Shown: positions 17,863 to 29,072, numbered from the stretch's first letter. The stretch: 64,000 nt of DNA from Lachnospiraceae bacterium (GCA_045628025.1 JAZQOU010000006.1:44968-108967); one strand, 5' to 3'. Program-made: numbers and translations. Notes: generated by a model from the sequence alone, not told the origin.

Positions 17863-19866
17863 ATGAACGATAATAATCAAAATAAAAATAATGAAGGTGG
17901 GCCAGGTCGCAGAGGAACAATATGGACCTTTGTGATGTTTGCTCTTATAGCATTATTTTTTACAAGCATGATATACTCGAAGTCAGGTCAATCTGCAACA
18001 CAAAAGATTACCTACACAGAGTTTATTGAATTGGTAGAAGCTGATAAGGTTGCGACAGTAAAGTTTGAGAGTGATAAGATTAATATTACTCTTAAAAAAG
18101 ATGCGAAGAGAAATGATGAGGATTCTGCAAAGAGTGAGTTTGAGGATTATTATTTTAGATCAACAGGTCAGACACTTACAACAACATATTACACAGCATA
18201 TGTTAATGATGAGGACCTGCTTCCTTTATTAAAGGAACATGATGTAAATGTTGATGGTACAATTGCAGATTCTACAGCAGCTATTATATATAACATACTG
18301 AGTTTTATTATTCCTATTGCTTTGATGTGGATACTACTCTCTTTCTTGATGAGAAAGATGGGTGGAGGTCCTATGGGCGTTGGCAAGTCAACAGCAAAAG
18401 TATATATGGAAAAGAAAACAGGTGTTACATTTGCTGACGTAGCAGGCCAGGATGAAGCAAAGGAATCGCTTCAAGAAGTAGTAGACTTTTTGCACAATCC
18501 AGAGAAGTACAGAGAAATTGGAGCTAAGCTACCAAAGGGTGCCCTTCTAGTAGGACCTCCAGGAACAGGAAAAACTTTATTAGCAAAAGCAGTTGCAGGC
18601 GAGGCTGGTGTACCTTTTTATTCGTTGGCTGGATCTGATTTTGTTGAGATGTTTGTTGGTGTAGGGGCCTCTCGTGTTAGAGATTTGTTTAAGGATGCTC
18701 AAAAAAATGCTCCTTGTATAATCTTTATAGATGAGATTGATGCAATAGGAAAGAGCCGTGATTCAAGATATGGCGGTGGTAATGATGAGCGTGAACAAAC
18801 CCTTAATCAGCTTCTTGCAGAAATGGATGGATTTGACACAAGCAAGGGTCTTTTAGTTTTAGCTGCTACAAACAGACCAGAAGTATTAGATAAAGCATTA
18901 TTAAGACCAGGTCGTTTTGATAGAAGAATTATTGTTGACAGACCAGATCAGAAAGGTCGTCTTGAGACATTGAAGGTTCATGCTAAAGATGTATCAATGG
19001 ATGAGACCGTCGATTTAGATGCACTTGCTTTAGCTTCTGCCGGTCTTGTGGGTTCTGATCTTGCAAATATTATTAATGAGGCAGCAATTATTGCAGTTAA
19101 AAATAAGAGAAAGTTTGTAAATCAAAAGGATCTTTTTGAGGCATTTGAGCTAGTTGCAGTTGGTGGCAAGGAGAAAAAGGACAGAGCTATGAGTGAGAAG
19201 GAACGTCATATTGTTTCTTATCATGAGGTCGGACACGCTCTTGTTTCAGCTCTTCAGAAGAATACAGAGCCTGTACAAAAAATCACAATAGTTCCACGAA
19301 CAATGGGCGCATTGGGATATACACTTCAGACACCAGAAGAAGAAAAATTCCTTGAAACAAAGGATGAGCTGGTAGCTAAGATTGTTACATATATGGGTGG
19401 TCGTGCTGCAGAGCAGATTGTTTATGATTCATACACTTTAGGAGCAGCAAATGATATTGAACAGGCAACATCAATAGCTAGAAATATGGTTACTCGTTTT
19501 GGTATGAGTGAAAGGTTTGGCATGATGGGTCTGGCGTCAGTTGAGAATCAGTACCTTGAGGGCAGAGCATCACTCACATGTGGTGAAAAAACTGCAGCGC
19601 TTATAGATGAAGAAGTATTAGCAATTATTACAGATGCATATAATACTGCAAAGGATATGCTTGTTGAGAATAGAGACATTCTTGATAAAATTGCTGATTA
19701 TCTATATGAACATGAGACTATTACTGGTAAAGAATTCATGAAGATATTCCGTGAATTAAAGGGCATTAGTGAAGATGATGAAGAAAAGTTTGTAGAAGAA
19801 TCTAACATATCTGATTCAACATCATCAGATATAGAAGAACTAACTAATGAAGCATTTGATGAATAG
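17863..19866 (+). CDS. ftsH: ATP-dependent zinc metalloprotease FtsH
   Basis: Two TMs, [27 protein letters not shown]; start ATG 17863 after GGAGG. Confidence 0.96.
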   Translation: MNDNNQNKNNEGGPGRRGTIWTFVMFALIALFFTSMIYSKSGQSATQKITYTEFIELVEADKVATVKFESDKINITLKKDAKRNDEDSAKSEFEDYYFRSTGQTLTTTYYTAYVNDEDLLPLLKEHDVNVDGTIADSTAAIIYNILSFIIPIALMWILLSFLMRKMGGGPMGVGKSTAKVYMEKKTGVTFADVAGQDEAKESLQEVVDFLHNPEKYREIGAKLPKGALLVGPPGTGKTLLAKAVAGEAGVPFYSLAGSDFVEMFVGVGASRVRDLFKDAQKNAPCIIFIDEIDAIGKSRDSRYGGGNDEREQTLNQLLAEMDGFDTSKGLLVLAATNRPEVLDKALLRPGRFDRRIIVDRPDQKGRLETLKVHAKDVSMDETVDLDALALASAGLVGSDLANIINEAAIIAVKNKRKFVNQKDLFEAFELVAVGGKEKKDRAMSEKERHIVSYHEVGHALVSALQKNTEPVQKITIVPRTMGALGYTLQTPEEEKFLETKDELVAKIVTYMGGRAAEQIVYDSYTLGAANDIEQATSIARNMVTRFGMSERFGMMGLASVENQYLEGRASLTCGEKTAALIDEEVLAIITDAYNTAKDMLVENRDILDKIADYLYEHETITGKEFMKIFRELKGISEDDEEKFVEESNISDSTSSDIEELTNEAFDE

Positions 19867-19869
19867 CCT

Positions 19870-21711
19870 ATGGTAACAGAAGAAGATTTAAGTAAACTCC
19901 CGGATCTTCCGGGAGTTTATATTATGCATGCAAGTGCAGATGAAATTATATACGTTGGAAAGGCACTTAGCCTTCGACACAGAGTTCGTCAATATTTTCA
20001 GCCAAGTCATGATGAAGGCATTAAGAAAAAGCAGATGGTTGCAAATATTGATCACTTTGAGTATATAGTATGTGACTCTGAATTAGAGGCACTTATATTA
20101 GAGTGCAATCTTATAAAGGAACATCGTCCTAAGTATAATACAATGCTTAGAGACGATAAAACTTATCCATATATCGAAGTAACAGTCTCTGAGGACTATC
20201 CAAGAGTTTTATTTTCCAGACAAATAAAAAAGAATAAATCTAAATATTTTGGTCCGTTCACAAGCGCTGGCGCGGTCAAGGACACAATTGATCTTGTTCA
20301 AAAGTTATATAAGCTAAGAACGTGCAACAAGAAATTTCCTGAAAGCTTTGGTAAAGATAGGCCATGTCTTAACTACCATATTAATCAATGTCAGGGCGTT
20401 TGTACTGGAAACGTCAGTGTTAGTGAATATGCAAAAAGAGTAGAAGCTGCAATGGACTTTTTAAATGGGAACTACAAGGGCGTTGTAGAAGAACTTACAG
20501 ATAAGATGAATGAAGCTGCGAGTGAACTAGATTTTGAAAAAGCAGCATCTTATAGAGATCTAATAAATAGTGTTTTGTCTTGTGTAGATAAACAAAAAGC
20601 AAACATGCTAAATGGAGACGATCAGGATATAATCGCTTTAGCATCAAATGATGATGACGCAGTTATTCAGATATTTTTTGTAAGAGATGGAAAACTGATA
20701 GGAAGAGAACATTTCTTTATAAAGGTACGGGTAAATGACAGGGAAGAAGATATGGTTTCATATTTTATAAAACAGTATTATGCTGGCACACCGTATATTC
20801 CAAAAGAAATAATAATAAAACAGAACCTTGAAGAAAAAGATATTATTGAAGACTGGCTGACAAAGAAAAAAGGAATAAAGGTATATTTAAAAACTACTAA
20901 AAAAGGGCAAAAGTTAAAACTGGTAGAGCTTGCAGAGAAAAATGCGGCTATGGTTTTAGACCAGGATTTAGAAAAAATAAAAAAAGAAGAAGGAAGAACG
21001 ATTGGCGCTATGAAAGAATTGTCATCGCTTCTTAATATTGCAGGAATTAATAGATTGGAAGCATATGACATTTCAAATATAAGCGGATTTTTGTCTGTCG
21101 GTTCAATGGTTGTTTTTGAGGGAGGAAAGCCCAAAAGAAGCGATTACAGAAAGTTTAGACTGAGGACAGTAGAAGGACCTAACGATTATGCGTCAATGCA
21201 TGAGGTTTTAACAAGAAGATTTGTTCATGGCCTGGAGGAAATGAAAGGAAGCAAGGAAACAACAAGCTTTACAAAATTTCCAGATGTGATAATGATGGAT
21301 GGTGGAAAAGGACAGGTAAATATCGCACTAAAGGTACTGCAAGAGTTAGACTTGAATATACCTGTTTGTGGAATGGTTAAGGATGACCATCATAGAACCA
21401 GAGGCTTGTATTATCAAGGTGTAGAGATACCGATTGATAGAAACTCTGAAGCGTTTCATATGATAACAAGGCTGCAGGATGAGGCACATAGATTTGCAAT
21501 TGAGTATCATAAATCTTTGAGATCAAAAGAACAAACGCATAGTTTCCTAGATGACATTGAAGGTATAGGGCCAAAAAGACGAAAAGCATTGATGAAACGA
21601 TTTAAGTCTATAGAAGCCTTAAAAGAAGCATCTATAGAAGAATTAAAAGATACAGAAACAATGAATGAAATAAGTGCACAAGCCGTTTATCAATATCTTC
21701 ACAAATTGTAA
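19870..21711 (+). CDS. uvrC: Excinuclease ABC subunit C
   Basis: PGVYIM..IIYVGKA GIY-YIG domain, [22 protein letters not shown], HhH GIGPKRR. Confidence 0.97.
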   Translation: MVTEEDLSKLPDLPGVYIMHASADEIIYVGKALSLRHRVRQYFQPSHDEGIKKKQMVANIDHFEYIVCDSELEALILECNLIKEHRPKYNTMLRDDKTYPYIEVTVSEDYPRVLFSRQIKKNKSKYFGPFTSAGAVKDTIDLVQKLYKLRTCNKKFPESFGKDRPCLNYHINQCQGVCTGNVSVSEYAKRVEAAMDFLNGNYKGVVEELTDKMNEAASELDFEKAASYRDLINSVLSCVDKQKANMLNGDDQDIIALASNDDDAVIQIFFVRDGKLIGREHFFIKVRVNDREEDMVSYFIKQYYAGTPYIPKEIIIKQNLEEKDIIEDWLTKKKGIKVYLKTTKKGQKLKLVELAEKNAAMVLDQDLEKIKKEEGRTIGAMKELSSLLNIAGINRLEAYDISNISGFLSVGSMVVFEGGKPKRSDYRKFRLRTVEGPNDYASMHEVLTRRFVHGLEEMKGSKETTSFTKFPDVIMMDGGKGQVNIALKVLQELDLNIPVCGMVKDDHHRTRGLYYQGVEIPIDRNSEAFHMITRLQDEAHRFAIEYHKSLRSKEQTHSFLDDIEGIGPKRRKALMKRFKSIEALKEASIEELKDTETMNEISAQAVYQYLHKL

Positions 21712-21751
21712 ATTGAGCCTTGTTAATGCACTTTAAGATGCTAGGCATTCG

Positions 21752-21780
21752 TTGAAATGTGGGCCTTCAAGTGATATATT
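21752..21780 (+). promoter_or_regulatory. SigA promoter upstream of hprK
   Basis: TTGAAA-N17-TATATT with extended TG. Confidence 0.65.
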
Positions 21781-21820
21781 TTAAGTAATATAGCCATAGA
21801 GTTTTATCAAGGAGAATAAT

Positions 21821-22759
21821 ATGAAGGTAGAAGGTGTTACAGTATCAAAATTAATAGATAGACTTAAGCTTAAGAATTATACAGATGGTATTAATCTCGA
21901 CGAAAAAATAGTTACTGTTGCAGATGTTAATAGAACAGCGCTTCAGTTGAATGGATTCTTTGATTATTTTGATGGTAATAGAATTCAGATTCTTGGAATG
22001 GTTGAGCAAGCTTATTTGGAAAAATTATCTGAAGAAAAGAAAAGAGAAATTTTCTCAAAGCTTATGTCATATGAAATCCCTTGTGTGATTTTTTGTCGTG
22101 GGTATGAACCAGGGCCAATTTTTAAAGAGTTAGCATTAAAGAATAATGTGCCTATTCTGGGAACAGACAGAGGTACATCTGACTTTATGGCAGAACTTAT
22201 ATACATACTTAACATGGAGCTTGCACCATGCACCACTATTCATGGTGTTTTGGTTGATGTATATGGTGAGGGACTTTTGATTACAGGAGAAAGTGGAATC
22301 GGAAAATCAGAAGCTGCCTTAGAGCTTATTAGAAGAGGTCATAGACTGGTATCAGATGATGTTGTCGAAATAAGAAGAAATCAGGATAGACTTTATGGAA
22401 CGGCACCATCTATTACTCAGTACTTAATAGAGTTAAGAGGAATAGGTATTATTGATGTAAAGAGTCTTTATGGCGTTGAATGTGTAAAGGCAAGACAAAG
22501 AATTGATCTTGTAATAAAGCTCCAGGATTGGAAGCAGGATCAGGAATATGACAGACTTGGTATGAAGGACGAGTATATGAACATATTAGGCATAGATGTA
22601 ACTTGTCATTCGTTGCCAATTAGACCTGGTAGAAACCTTGCGGTTATTTGTGAAACTGCTGCTGTTAATCATAGACAAAAGAAGATGGGTTATAATGCAG
22701 CTGAAGAGCTTTACAGAAGAGTTCAGGATAATATCGCGCAGGGCGGCAGAATACAGTAG
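21821..22759 (+). CDS. hprK: HPr kinase/phosphorylase
   Basis: HGVLVDVYGEGLLITGESGIGKSE, LVSDD, ELRGIGII, PGRNLA. Confidence 0.97.
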   Translation: MKVEGVTVSKLIDRLKLKNYTDGINLDEKIVTVADVNRTALQLNGFFDYFDGNRIQILGMVEQAYLEKLSEEKKREIFSKLMSYEIPCVIFCRGYEPGPIFKELALKNNVPILGTDRGTSDFMAELIYILNMELAPCTTIHGVLVDVYGEGLLITGESGIGKSEAALELIRRGHRLVSDDVVEIRRNQDRLYGTAPSITQYLIELRGIGIIDVKSLYGVECVKARQRIDLVIKLQDWKQDQEYDRLGMKDEYMNILGIDVTCHSLPIRPGRNLAVICETAAVNHRQKKMGYNAAEELYRRVQDNIAQGGRIQ

Positions 22760-22774
22760 TTCGGAGGAGTTTAA

Positions 22775-24172
22775 ATGGAAAGAGAAAATGCCTGGGGCAA
22801 GTATATAGAGGACAAAGATAGGAAGAAGGTATTTAAATTTGCAGAAGAATACAAAACATTTCTTTCTGACTGTAAGACAGAAAGAGAGTGCGTTGATTTT
22901 TTTGTAAAAGAGGCAGAGAAGAACGGATATGTCAACATTGACAATATTATATCAAATAAAACAAAGCTAAATCCTGGGGACAGAGTATATGCTGTCAACA
23001 AAGGCAAGGAAATGGCTTTGTTTAATATTGGAAAGGCTGACCTTTCAGAAGGAATGAATATTTTAGGAGCGCATATTGATTCTCCTAGAATGGACCTAAA
23101 GCAAAATCCTTTATATGAGGATACAGAGATGACACTTCTTGATACACACTATTATGGTGGAGTGAAAAATTATCAGTGGGTAACTATTCCTCTGGCTCTT
23201 CATGGTGTTGTTGTAAAAAAAGATGAGTCTGTTGTTAAGATTTCTATAGGTGAAAAAGAAGAAGATCCAGTATTTTGTGTTAGTGATTTGCTGATTCACT
23301 TGTCTCATGATTTGATGAATAAAAAGGCATCTGAGGTAATTGAAGGTGAAAATTTAAATGTTCTATGTGGATCTATTCCACTATTTGATAAGGCAAACAA
23401 GAAGGAAAAAGAAACAGTAAAGAAGAACATTTTAGCAATTCTTGAGTCTAACCTTGGAATAGAAGAAGAGGATTTTCTCTCTGCAGAAATAGAGGTTGTA
23501 CCAGCGGGAAGGGCAAAGGACCTTGGATTTGACAGAAGCATGATTCTAGGCTATGGACATGATGATAGAGTTTGCGCTTATCCATCTTTTATGGCAATGC
23601 TTGATTGTAAAAAAACATTAGAGAAGACTCAGGTATGTTTGCTGGTGGACAAGGAAGAAATCGGTTCAGTAGGTGCAACAGGAATGCAGTCAAGATTTTT
23701 TGAAAACACGGTTGCAGAATTATATTTTGCAATGGGTGGATATTCTGAACTTGCTTTAAGACGTGCATTATCAAATAGTAAAGTATTGTCATCAGATGTG
23801 TCTGCTGCCTATGACCCAAACTATGCTTCAGCATTTGAAAAGAATAATGCGGCATATTTTGGCAAAGGACTTGTATTTAGTAAGTATACAGGTCGAGGTG
23901 GAAAATCCGGATCAAATGATGCAAGTGCTGAATATGTAGGAAATATTAGAAAAATAATGAATGACAACAATGTGTCATTTCAAACAGCAGAGCTCGGCAA
24001 GGTTGATCAGGGCGGCGGTGGAACTATAGCATATATTCTTGGTAATTATGATATGCAGGTTATTGATAGCGGTGTTGCTGTACTGAATATGCATGCTCCT
24101 TGGGAGATTATTAGTAAAGTAGACCTTTATGAGGCATATAAGGGTTATAAGGCGTTTTTAAAGGACGCATAA
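22775..24172 (+). CDS. M18 family aminopeptidase
   Basis: GAHIDSPR, HYYGG, GHDDR, DKEEIGS, SSDV, GGGGTIA, MHAPWE. Confidence 0.93.
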   Translation: MERENAWGKYIEDKDRKKVFKFAEEYKTFLSDCKTERECVDFFVKEAEKNGYVNIDNIISNKTKLNPGDRVYAVNKGKEMALFNIGKADLSEGMNILGAHIDSPRMDLKQNPLYEDTEMTLLDTHYYGGVKNYQWVTIPLALHGVVVKKDESVVKISIGEKEEDPVFCVSDLLIHLSHDLMNKKASEVIEGENLNVLCGSIPLFDKANKKEKETVKKNILAILESNLGIEEEDFLSAEIEVVPAGRAKDLGFDRSMILGYGHDDRVCAYPSFMAMLDCKKTLEKTQVCLLVDKEEIGSVGATGMQSRFFENTVAELYFAMGGYSELALRRALSNSKVLSSDVSAAYDPNYASAFEKNNAAYFGKGLVFSKYTGRGGKSGSNDASAEYVGNIRKIMNDNNVSFQTAELGKVDQGGGGTIAYILGNYDMQVIDSGVAVLNMHAPWEIISKVDLYEAYKGYKAFLKDA

Positions 24173-24196
24173 TATTTTTGTAAAAGGTGTTTATAT

Positions 24197-25102
24197 ATGC
24201 TTAATGCACTATTAAATTATTTGAGTGAAAATATAGATAGTCCAATACTCAGAAATGAACCTATGAGTGCGCACACATCATTTAAGGTGGGAGGACCAGC
24301 AGATGGGTATGTTAGTCCAACAATGATGGAGCTTGTAGAGCTTATTTATCATTGCAAGGAAAATGAAATACCTTATATGATTATAGGTAATGGATCAAAT
24401 CTTTTGGTTAAAGATGGGGGTATAAAAGGCTTAGTTATTTCCATTGGAAAACAAATGTCAGACATAAGTGTGGATGGTGAAACAATTACTGCTGGTGCAG
24501 GTGCGTCATTATCAGCATTGGCAATGGCAGCAAAGAAAGCATCTTTAACAGGTCTTGAATGGGCAGCAGGAATACCTGGATCGGTCGGTGGTGCAGTATA
24601 TATGAATGCAGGCGCATATGGCGGTGAGATAGCTTTGTGCATAAAGTCGGCGCAAGTACTTACGGCAGACGGCGAGATAGAAATATGGGATAAAGAAAGG
24701 CTGGATTTATCTTATCGTCATTCGGCAATTATGGGAACAAAGAATCTTATTTTAGAAGCAACTTTTGAACTTCAATCTGGTGATGAGAAGTTTATTGAGC
24801 TTGTTATGAACAAAAATAAAGAGGCCAGATTATCAAAACAGCCATTAGAGTATCCATCGGCTGGGTCTACTTTTAAAAGACCTGATGGGAATTTTGCTGG
24901 AAAGCTTATTGAAGAAGCTGGCTTAAAAGGATACACAGTAGGTGGTGCACAGGTGTCGGAAAAACACTGTGGATTTGTAATTAACAAAAATAATGCAACT
25001 GCTACAGATATTATCACTTTAATAAATGATGTATCAGACAAAGTATTTGAAAATAGCGGAGTCAGATTAGAACCTGAAGTAATAATTGTGGGTAGAGATT
25101 AG
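24197..25102 (+). CDS. murB: UDP-N-acetylenolpyruvoylglucosamine reductase
   Basis: HTSFKVGGPAD, GNGSNLL, GIPGSVGGAVYMNAGAYG, PSAGSTFKRP, LEPEV. Confidence 0.97.
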   Translation: MLNALLNYLSENIDSPILRNEPMSAHTSFKVGGPADGYVSPTMMELVELIYHCKENEIPYMIIGNGSNLLVKDGGIKGLVISIGKQMSDISVDGETITAGAGASLSALAMAAKKASLTGLEWAAGIPGSVGGAVYMNAGAYGGEIALCIKSAQVLTADGEIEIWDKERLDLSYRHSAIMGTKNLILEATFELQSGDEKFIELVMNKNKEARLSKQPLEYPSAGSTFKRPDGNFAGKLIEEAGLKGYTVGGAQVSEKHCGFVINKNNATATDIITLINDVSDKVFENSGVRLEPEVIIVGRD

Positions 25103-25113
25103 AAAGGTAGTAT

Positions 25114-25989
25114 ATGAAGTTATTAATATTAACTGGAATGTCAGGGGCTGGAAAATCTACAGCATTTAAAATGATGGAAGATCTTGGATATAATTGTGTG
25201 GATAATCTGCCCGTTCCATTATTGAAAAGCTTTATAGACTTGACAGACAGTCAACAGGACTCTAATCAAAAAGTTGCAGTAGGAATAGATGTTAGAAATG
25301 GACAGGCTCTTGAACAGCTTAGTGATGTATTGACTGAGCTTGAGCATGACAGTAAAAAATTTGATATTTTATTTCTAGATGCGGATGATGATGTTCTTTT
25401 GATGAGATATAAGGAAACTAGAAGGAATCATCCAGTTTCCAAAAGAGAATCTATTGCTGCAGGAATAAAAAAAGAGCGTGAAACAATAGGTTTTTTAAAA
25501 GAAAGAGCAACATATATAATAGATACCACACATCTATTGACCAGAGAACTCAAGGAAGAACTGGAAAGAATATTTGTTTTAGAGGATGATTATCAGAGCT
25601 TATTTGTATCTGTAATGTCGTTTGGTTTTAAATATGGTATTCCTGCAGACGCAGACCTGGTTTTTGATGTAAGATTTTTACCAAATCCATATTATGATCC
25701 AGAACTCAGACCATTTACAGGAAATGACAGAGAGATTCAAAAATTTGTTATGTCGTGCGAGGAAGCAGAAATATTTTTAGATAAGGTGACTGACCTTGTT
25801 TCATTTTTGATTCCAAATTATATAAAAGAAGGTAAGAACCAGCTTGTTATAGCAATAGGATGTACAGGTGGAAAGCATAGAAGTGTTTGCTTGGCAAATG
25901 CAATATATGAAAAACTAATGGAAAACAAATCTTATGGTATAAGAATAGAACATAGGGATATATCAAAGGATGCATTAAGAGGGAAATAA
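25114..25989 (+). CDS. rapZ: RapZ/YvcJ P-loop adaptor protein
   Basis: TGMSGAGKS, DNLP, SFGFKYGIP, DVRFLPNP, GCTGGKHRSV. Confidence 0.96.
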   Translation: MKLLILTGMSGAGKSTAFKMMEDLGYNCVDNLPVPLLKSFIDLTDSQQDSNQKVAVGIDVRNGQALEQLSDVLTELEHDSKKFDILFLDADDDVLLMRYKETRRNHPVSKRESIAAGIKKERETIGFLKERATYIIDTTHLLTRELKEELERIFVLEDDYQSLFVSVMSFGFKYGIPADADLVFDVRFLPNPYYDPELRPFTGNDREIQKFVMSCEEAEIFLDKVTDLVSFLIPNYIKEGKNQLVIAIGCTGGKHRSVCLANAIYEKLMENKSYGIRIEHRDISKDALRGK

Positions 25990-26862
25990 ATGTCCTTTTC
26001 AAGTAGAGTCAAAGAGGAACTGGAGGTAAAGGTTCCTAAAAGCAGACATTGTCAGATAGCAGAGCTAGCTGGCATTTTGCTTTTTTGTGGAAAATTACAT
26101 AAAAATGGTGAAAAAACAGAGATAATTTTGGGATGTGAGAATCCCAAAGTTATTGCTAAATACTTTACTTTGCTAAATAAAACACTTAATATAAGGCAAG
26201 ATGCCCAAGTTGAAGGCGAATTGGTAGATAGCATTATTGCAACGACAAAGATGACATCAGATTTGTCGAGAATTGATCCGCTTATTATTCAGCAGACCTG
26301 TTGTAAGAGAGCATTTATTACTGGAGCTTTTTTGGTGGCGGGTTCCATCACCGATCCAGAAAAATCGTATCATTTTGAAATTGTTTCTGCATCTGAAGAT
26401 ATAGCACATATTCTTGTGGATGCTTTATTAGCATTTGACTTAGAAGCTAAAATTGCTAAAAGGAAGGATAAGTGGATAGTATATCTTAAAGAAGGCGGAC
26501 AGATTGTTGACGCGCTTAGAGTGATGGGAGCAAGCGTTTCTGTTATGGATATTGAAAATGTCCGTATAGTAAAGGAAATGCGAAACTCTATTAATCGTAA
26601 GGTGAATTGCGAAGCGGCAAATATTGGAAAAACCGTAAATGCAGCAGTCAGACAGGTTAATGACATAGAATATATAAGGGATAAGGTAGGGTTAGATTAT
26701 TTGCCTGCAAATCTACAAGAAATAGCAGAAATCAGGTTAGAAAATCCAGACACATCCTTAAAAGATTTGGGCGCATTGCTTGATCCGCCGATAGGCAAAT
26801 CAGGAGTTAATCATAGATTGAGACATATCAGTGAAATAGCTGATAAACTCAGGGAAGGCTAA
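25990..26862 (+). CDS. whiA: DNA-binding protein WhiA
   Basis: MSFSSRVKEEL, GSITDPEKSYHFE, NRKVNCEAAN, KSGVNHRL. Confidence 0.96.
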   Translation: MSFSSRVKEELEVKVPKSRHCQIAELAGILLFCGKLHKNGEKTEIILGCENPKVIAKYFTLLNKTLNIRQDAQVEGELVDSIIATTKMTSDLSRIDPLIIQQTCCKRAFITGAFLVAGSITDPEKSYHFEIVSASEDIAHILVDALLAFDLEAKIAKRKDKWIVYLKEGGQIVDALRVMGASVSVMDIENVRIVKEMRNSINRKVNCEAANIGKTVNAAVRQVNDIEYIRDKVGLDYLPANLQEIAEIRLENPDTSLKDLGALLDPPIGKSGVNHRLRHISEIADKLREG

Positions 26863-26878
26863 CGATTAGGAGAGAAAA

Positions 26879-27127
26879 ATGCAAAAAGAAGTAGAAGTAA
26901 AGATGAGTAATCCAATGGAAGCTACACCAATTGCAAATCTTGTGCAGCTTGCCAATCATTTTTCCAGCAGTATTTATTTTCAGCTTGGTAATGTAAGAGT
27001 AAATGCTAAAAGTATAATGGGAATGATGAGCTTAGTGCTTTCTCCAGGAAGTACAGTTATTGTGTCTTGCGAAGGAGACGATGAGCAGGAGGCAATTACT
27101 TCAATAGAAGAATTTCTTTCAAAATAA
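26879..27127 (+). CDS. HPr/Crh-like protein lacking His15
   Basis: VNAKSIMGMMSL (Ser46 motif) present; GLHARP replaced by PMEATP. Confidence 0.9.
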   Translation: MQKEVEVKMSNPMEATPIANLVQLANHFSSSIYFQLGNVRVNAKSIMGMMSLVLSPGSTVIVSCEGDDEQEAITSIEEFLSK

Positions 27128-27160
27128 ATTTGGTTAATGTAAAGTTGAGCAGGAGTTTTT

Positions 27161-28057
27161 ATGAGTAAAAAATTACTTTTTATTCTTAATCCGTACTCAG
27201 GCAAAGGACGTATAAAAGAGTTTTTGGCTGATATCATAGATATTATGATAAAGGCGGATTATGAAGTTACTGTTTATACGACACAGGCTAGAGGAGATGC
27301 TATAGATAAAACCTGCATTGAAGCAAAAAACTACGATAGGATAGTTTGTAGTGGCGGTGATGGTACATTAGATGAAGTCGTAACAGGAATGATGCGATCT
27401 GAAGTGAAGGTACCGATAGGATATATCCCTGCAGGTTCTACAAATGACTTTGGCGGCTCACTTGGAATTGATAAAGACATGATAAAAGCAGCCAGGATAA
27501 GTGTGTCATCTGAATTGTTTGCCTGTGATATTGGCAGATTTAATCAGAACTCATTTGTTTATGTGGCTGCTTTTGGTATTTTTACGGAAGTGTCTTATCA
27601 GACGCCACAGGATATGAAAAATGCACTTGGTCATTTTGCTTATATATTAGAGGGTGCGAAGCAGCTTAGGGATATACAGTCATACAGAATGCAAGTTGAG
27701 TTTGATGGTAATGTCGTATATGATAATTTCATTCTAGGAATGATTACTAATTCAAAACAGGTGGGTGGTTTTAAGGGGATAATACCTGGTGAGATTGAGC
27801 TTAGTGATGGTTTATTTGAAGTGACCTTAATTAGGAAACCTAAAAATCCGTTTGAATTAAATGACATTCTTGCTTATTTGACAAAAATGACAAGTGACTC
27901 AGAAGTAGTTCTTTCAATACAGACAGATAGGATAAAGTTTACATCTGCTGATGAAGTACCATGGACTCTTGATGGAGAAGATGGAGGAGCACATAAAATT
28001 GTTACTATTGAAAATATCAATAAGGCAATTGAAATTGCAGTTCCTACAAGTCTTTGA
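27161..28057 (+). CDS. YegS/BmrU-family diacylglycerol/lipid kinase
   Basis: NPYSGK, GGDGTL, PAGSTNDF, LDGE. Confidence 0.93.
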   Translation: MSKKLLFILNPYSGKGRIKEFLADIIDIMIKADYEVTVYTTQARGDAIDKTCIEAKNYDRIVCSGGDGTLDEVVTGMMRSEVKVPIGYIPAGSTNDFGGSLGIDKDMIKAARISVSSELFACDIGRFNQNSFVYVAAFGIFTEVSYQTPQDMKNALGHFAYILEGAKQLRDIQSYRMQVEFDGNVVYDNFILGMITNSKQVGGFKGIIPGEIELSDGLFEVTLIRKPKNPFELNDILAYLTKMTSDSEVVLSIQTDRIKFTSADEVPWTLDGEDGGAHKIVTIENINKAIEIAVPTSL

Positions 28058-28083
28058 CGAAAAGCCTGTGAGTATGTTATTAT
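28054..28083 (+). promoter_or_regulatory. SigA-like promoter of fba
   Basis: TTGACG-N18-TATTAT with extended TG. Confidence 0.55.
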
Positions 28084-28122
28084 TTTGACAAATGTTTATA
28101 TATTTTATGTGGAGGAAAAATT

Positions 28123-28986
28123 ATGTTAGTATCTGCAAAAGAAATGCTTGAGAAAGCAAAGGCTGGTCACTATGCAGTAGGTCAGTTCAACATTAACAAC
28201 CTTGAGTGGACAAAGGCTGTTTTACTTACAGCTCAGGAGCTTAATTCACCAGTTATTCTTGGTGTATCTGAGGGCGCTGGTAAGTATATGACAGGCTTTA
28301 AGACAGTAGCTGCTATGGTAAAGGCTATGGATGAGGAGCTTAAAATTACAGTTCCTGTAGCACTTCACCTTGATCATGGTACATACGAAGGATGTTATAA
28401 GTGTATCGAAGCTGGCTTTACATCTATCATGTTTGATGGTTCACACTATGCTATTGATGAGAATGTAGCAAAGACAAAGGAGCTTGTTGAGGCAGCTCAT
28501 AAGAACGGAATGTCTATCGAAGCTGAGGTTGGCTCAATTGGTGGCGAAGAAGATGGTGTTATTGGTGCTGGTGAGTGTGCTGATCCAGACGAGTGCAAGA
28601 TGGTAGCAGACCTTGGAGTTGATATGCTTGCAGCTGGTATTGGTAATATTCATGGAAAGTACCCAGAAAACTGGGCTGGACTTTCATTCGAGACACTTGA
28701 TGCTATTCAGCAGAAGACAGGAATTATGCCACTTGTTCTTCATGGTGGTACAGGTATCCCTGAGGATATGATCAAGAAGGCAATTGATCTTGGTGTTTCA
28801 AAGATTAATGTTAATACAGAGTGTCAGCTTTCATTTGCTGATGCAACAAGAAAGTATGTTGAGGCAGGAAAGGATCTTGAAGGAAAGGGATTTGACCCAC
28901 GTAAGCTTCTTGCTCCTGGTACAGAGGCAATTAAGGCTACTGTAAAGGAGAAGATGGAACTCTTCGGATCTGTTGGCAAGGCTTAA
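28123..28986 (+). CDS. fba: Class II fructose-1,6-bisphosphate aldolase
   Basis: FNINNLE, LHLDHG, FDGSH, GNIHG, VLHGGTG, KINVNT, DPRK. Confidence 0.97.
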   Translation: MLVSAKEMLEKAKAGHYAVGQFNINNLEWTKAVLLTAQELNSPVILGVSEGAGKYMTGFKTVAAMVKAMDEELKITVPVALHLDHGTYEGCYKCIEAGFTSIMFDGSHYAIDENVAKTKELVEAAHKNGMSIEAEVGSIGGEEDGVIGAGECADPDECKMVADLGVDMLAAGIGNIHGKYPENWAGLSFETLDAIQQKTGIMPLVLHGGTGIPEDMIKKAIDLGVSKINVNTECQLSFADATRKYVEAGKDLEGKGFDPRKLLAPGTEAIKATVKEKMELFGSVGKA

Positions 28987-29046
28987 TTTAAAAATTATGA
29001 AAATGACATGTTTTGCATATGCAAAGGTGTTAGAATAGTAAGCAAT

Positions 29047-29072
29047 AAAAAGTCCCTTGTGGGCTTTTTGTT
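29047..29072 (+). terminator. Terminator-like hairpin between fba and the GS-III gene
   Basis: AAAAAGTCC-CTTGT-GGGCTTTTT-GTT. Confidence 0.7.

Noticed and set aside
29019-29060. ANTAR dual-hairpin motif upstream of GS-III
   Set aside because: Only one AAAGGT loop with a 2-bp stem; no convincing second hairpin
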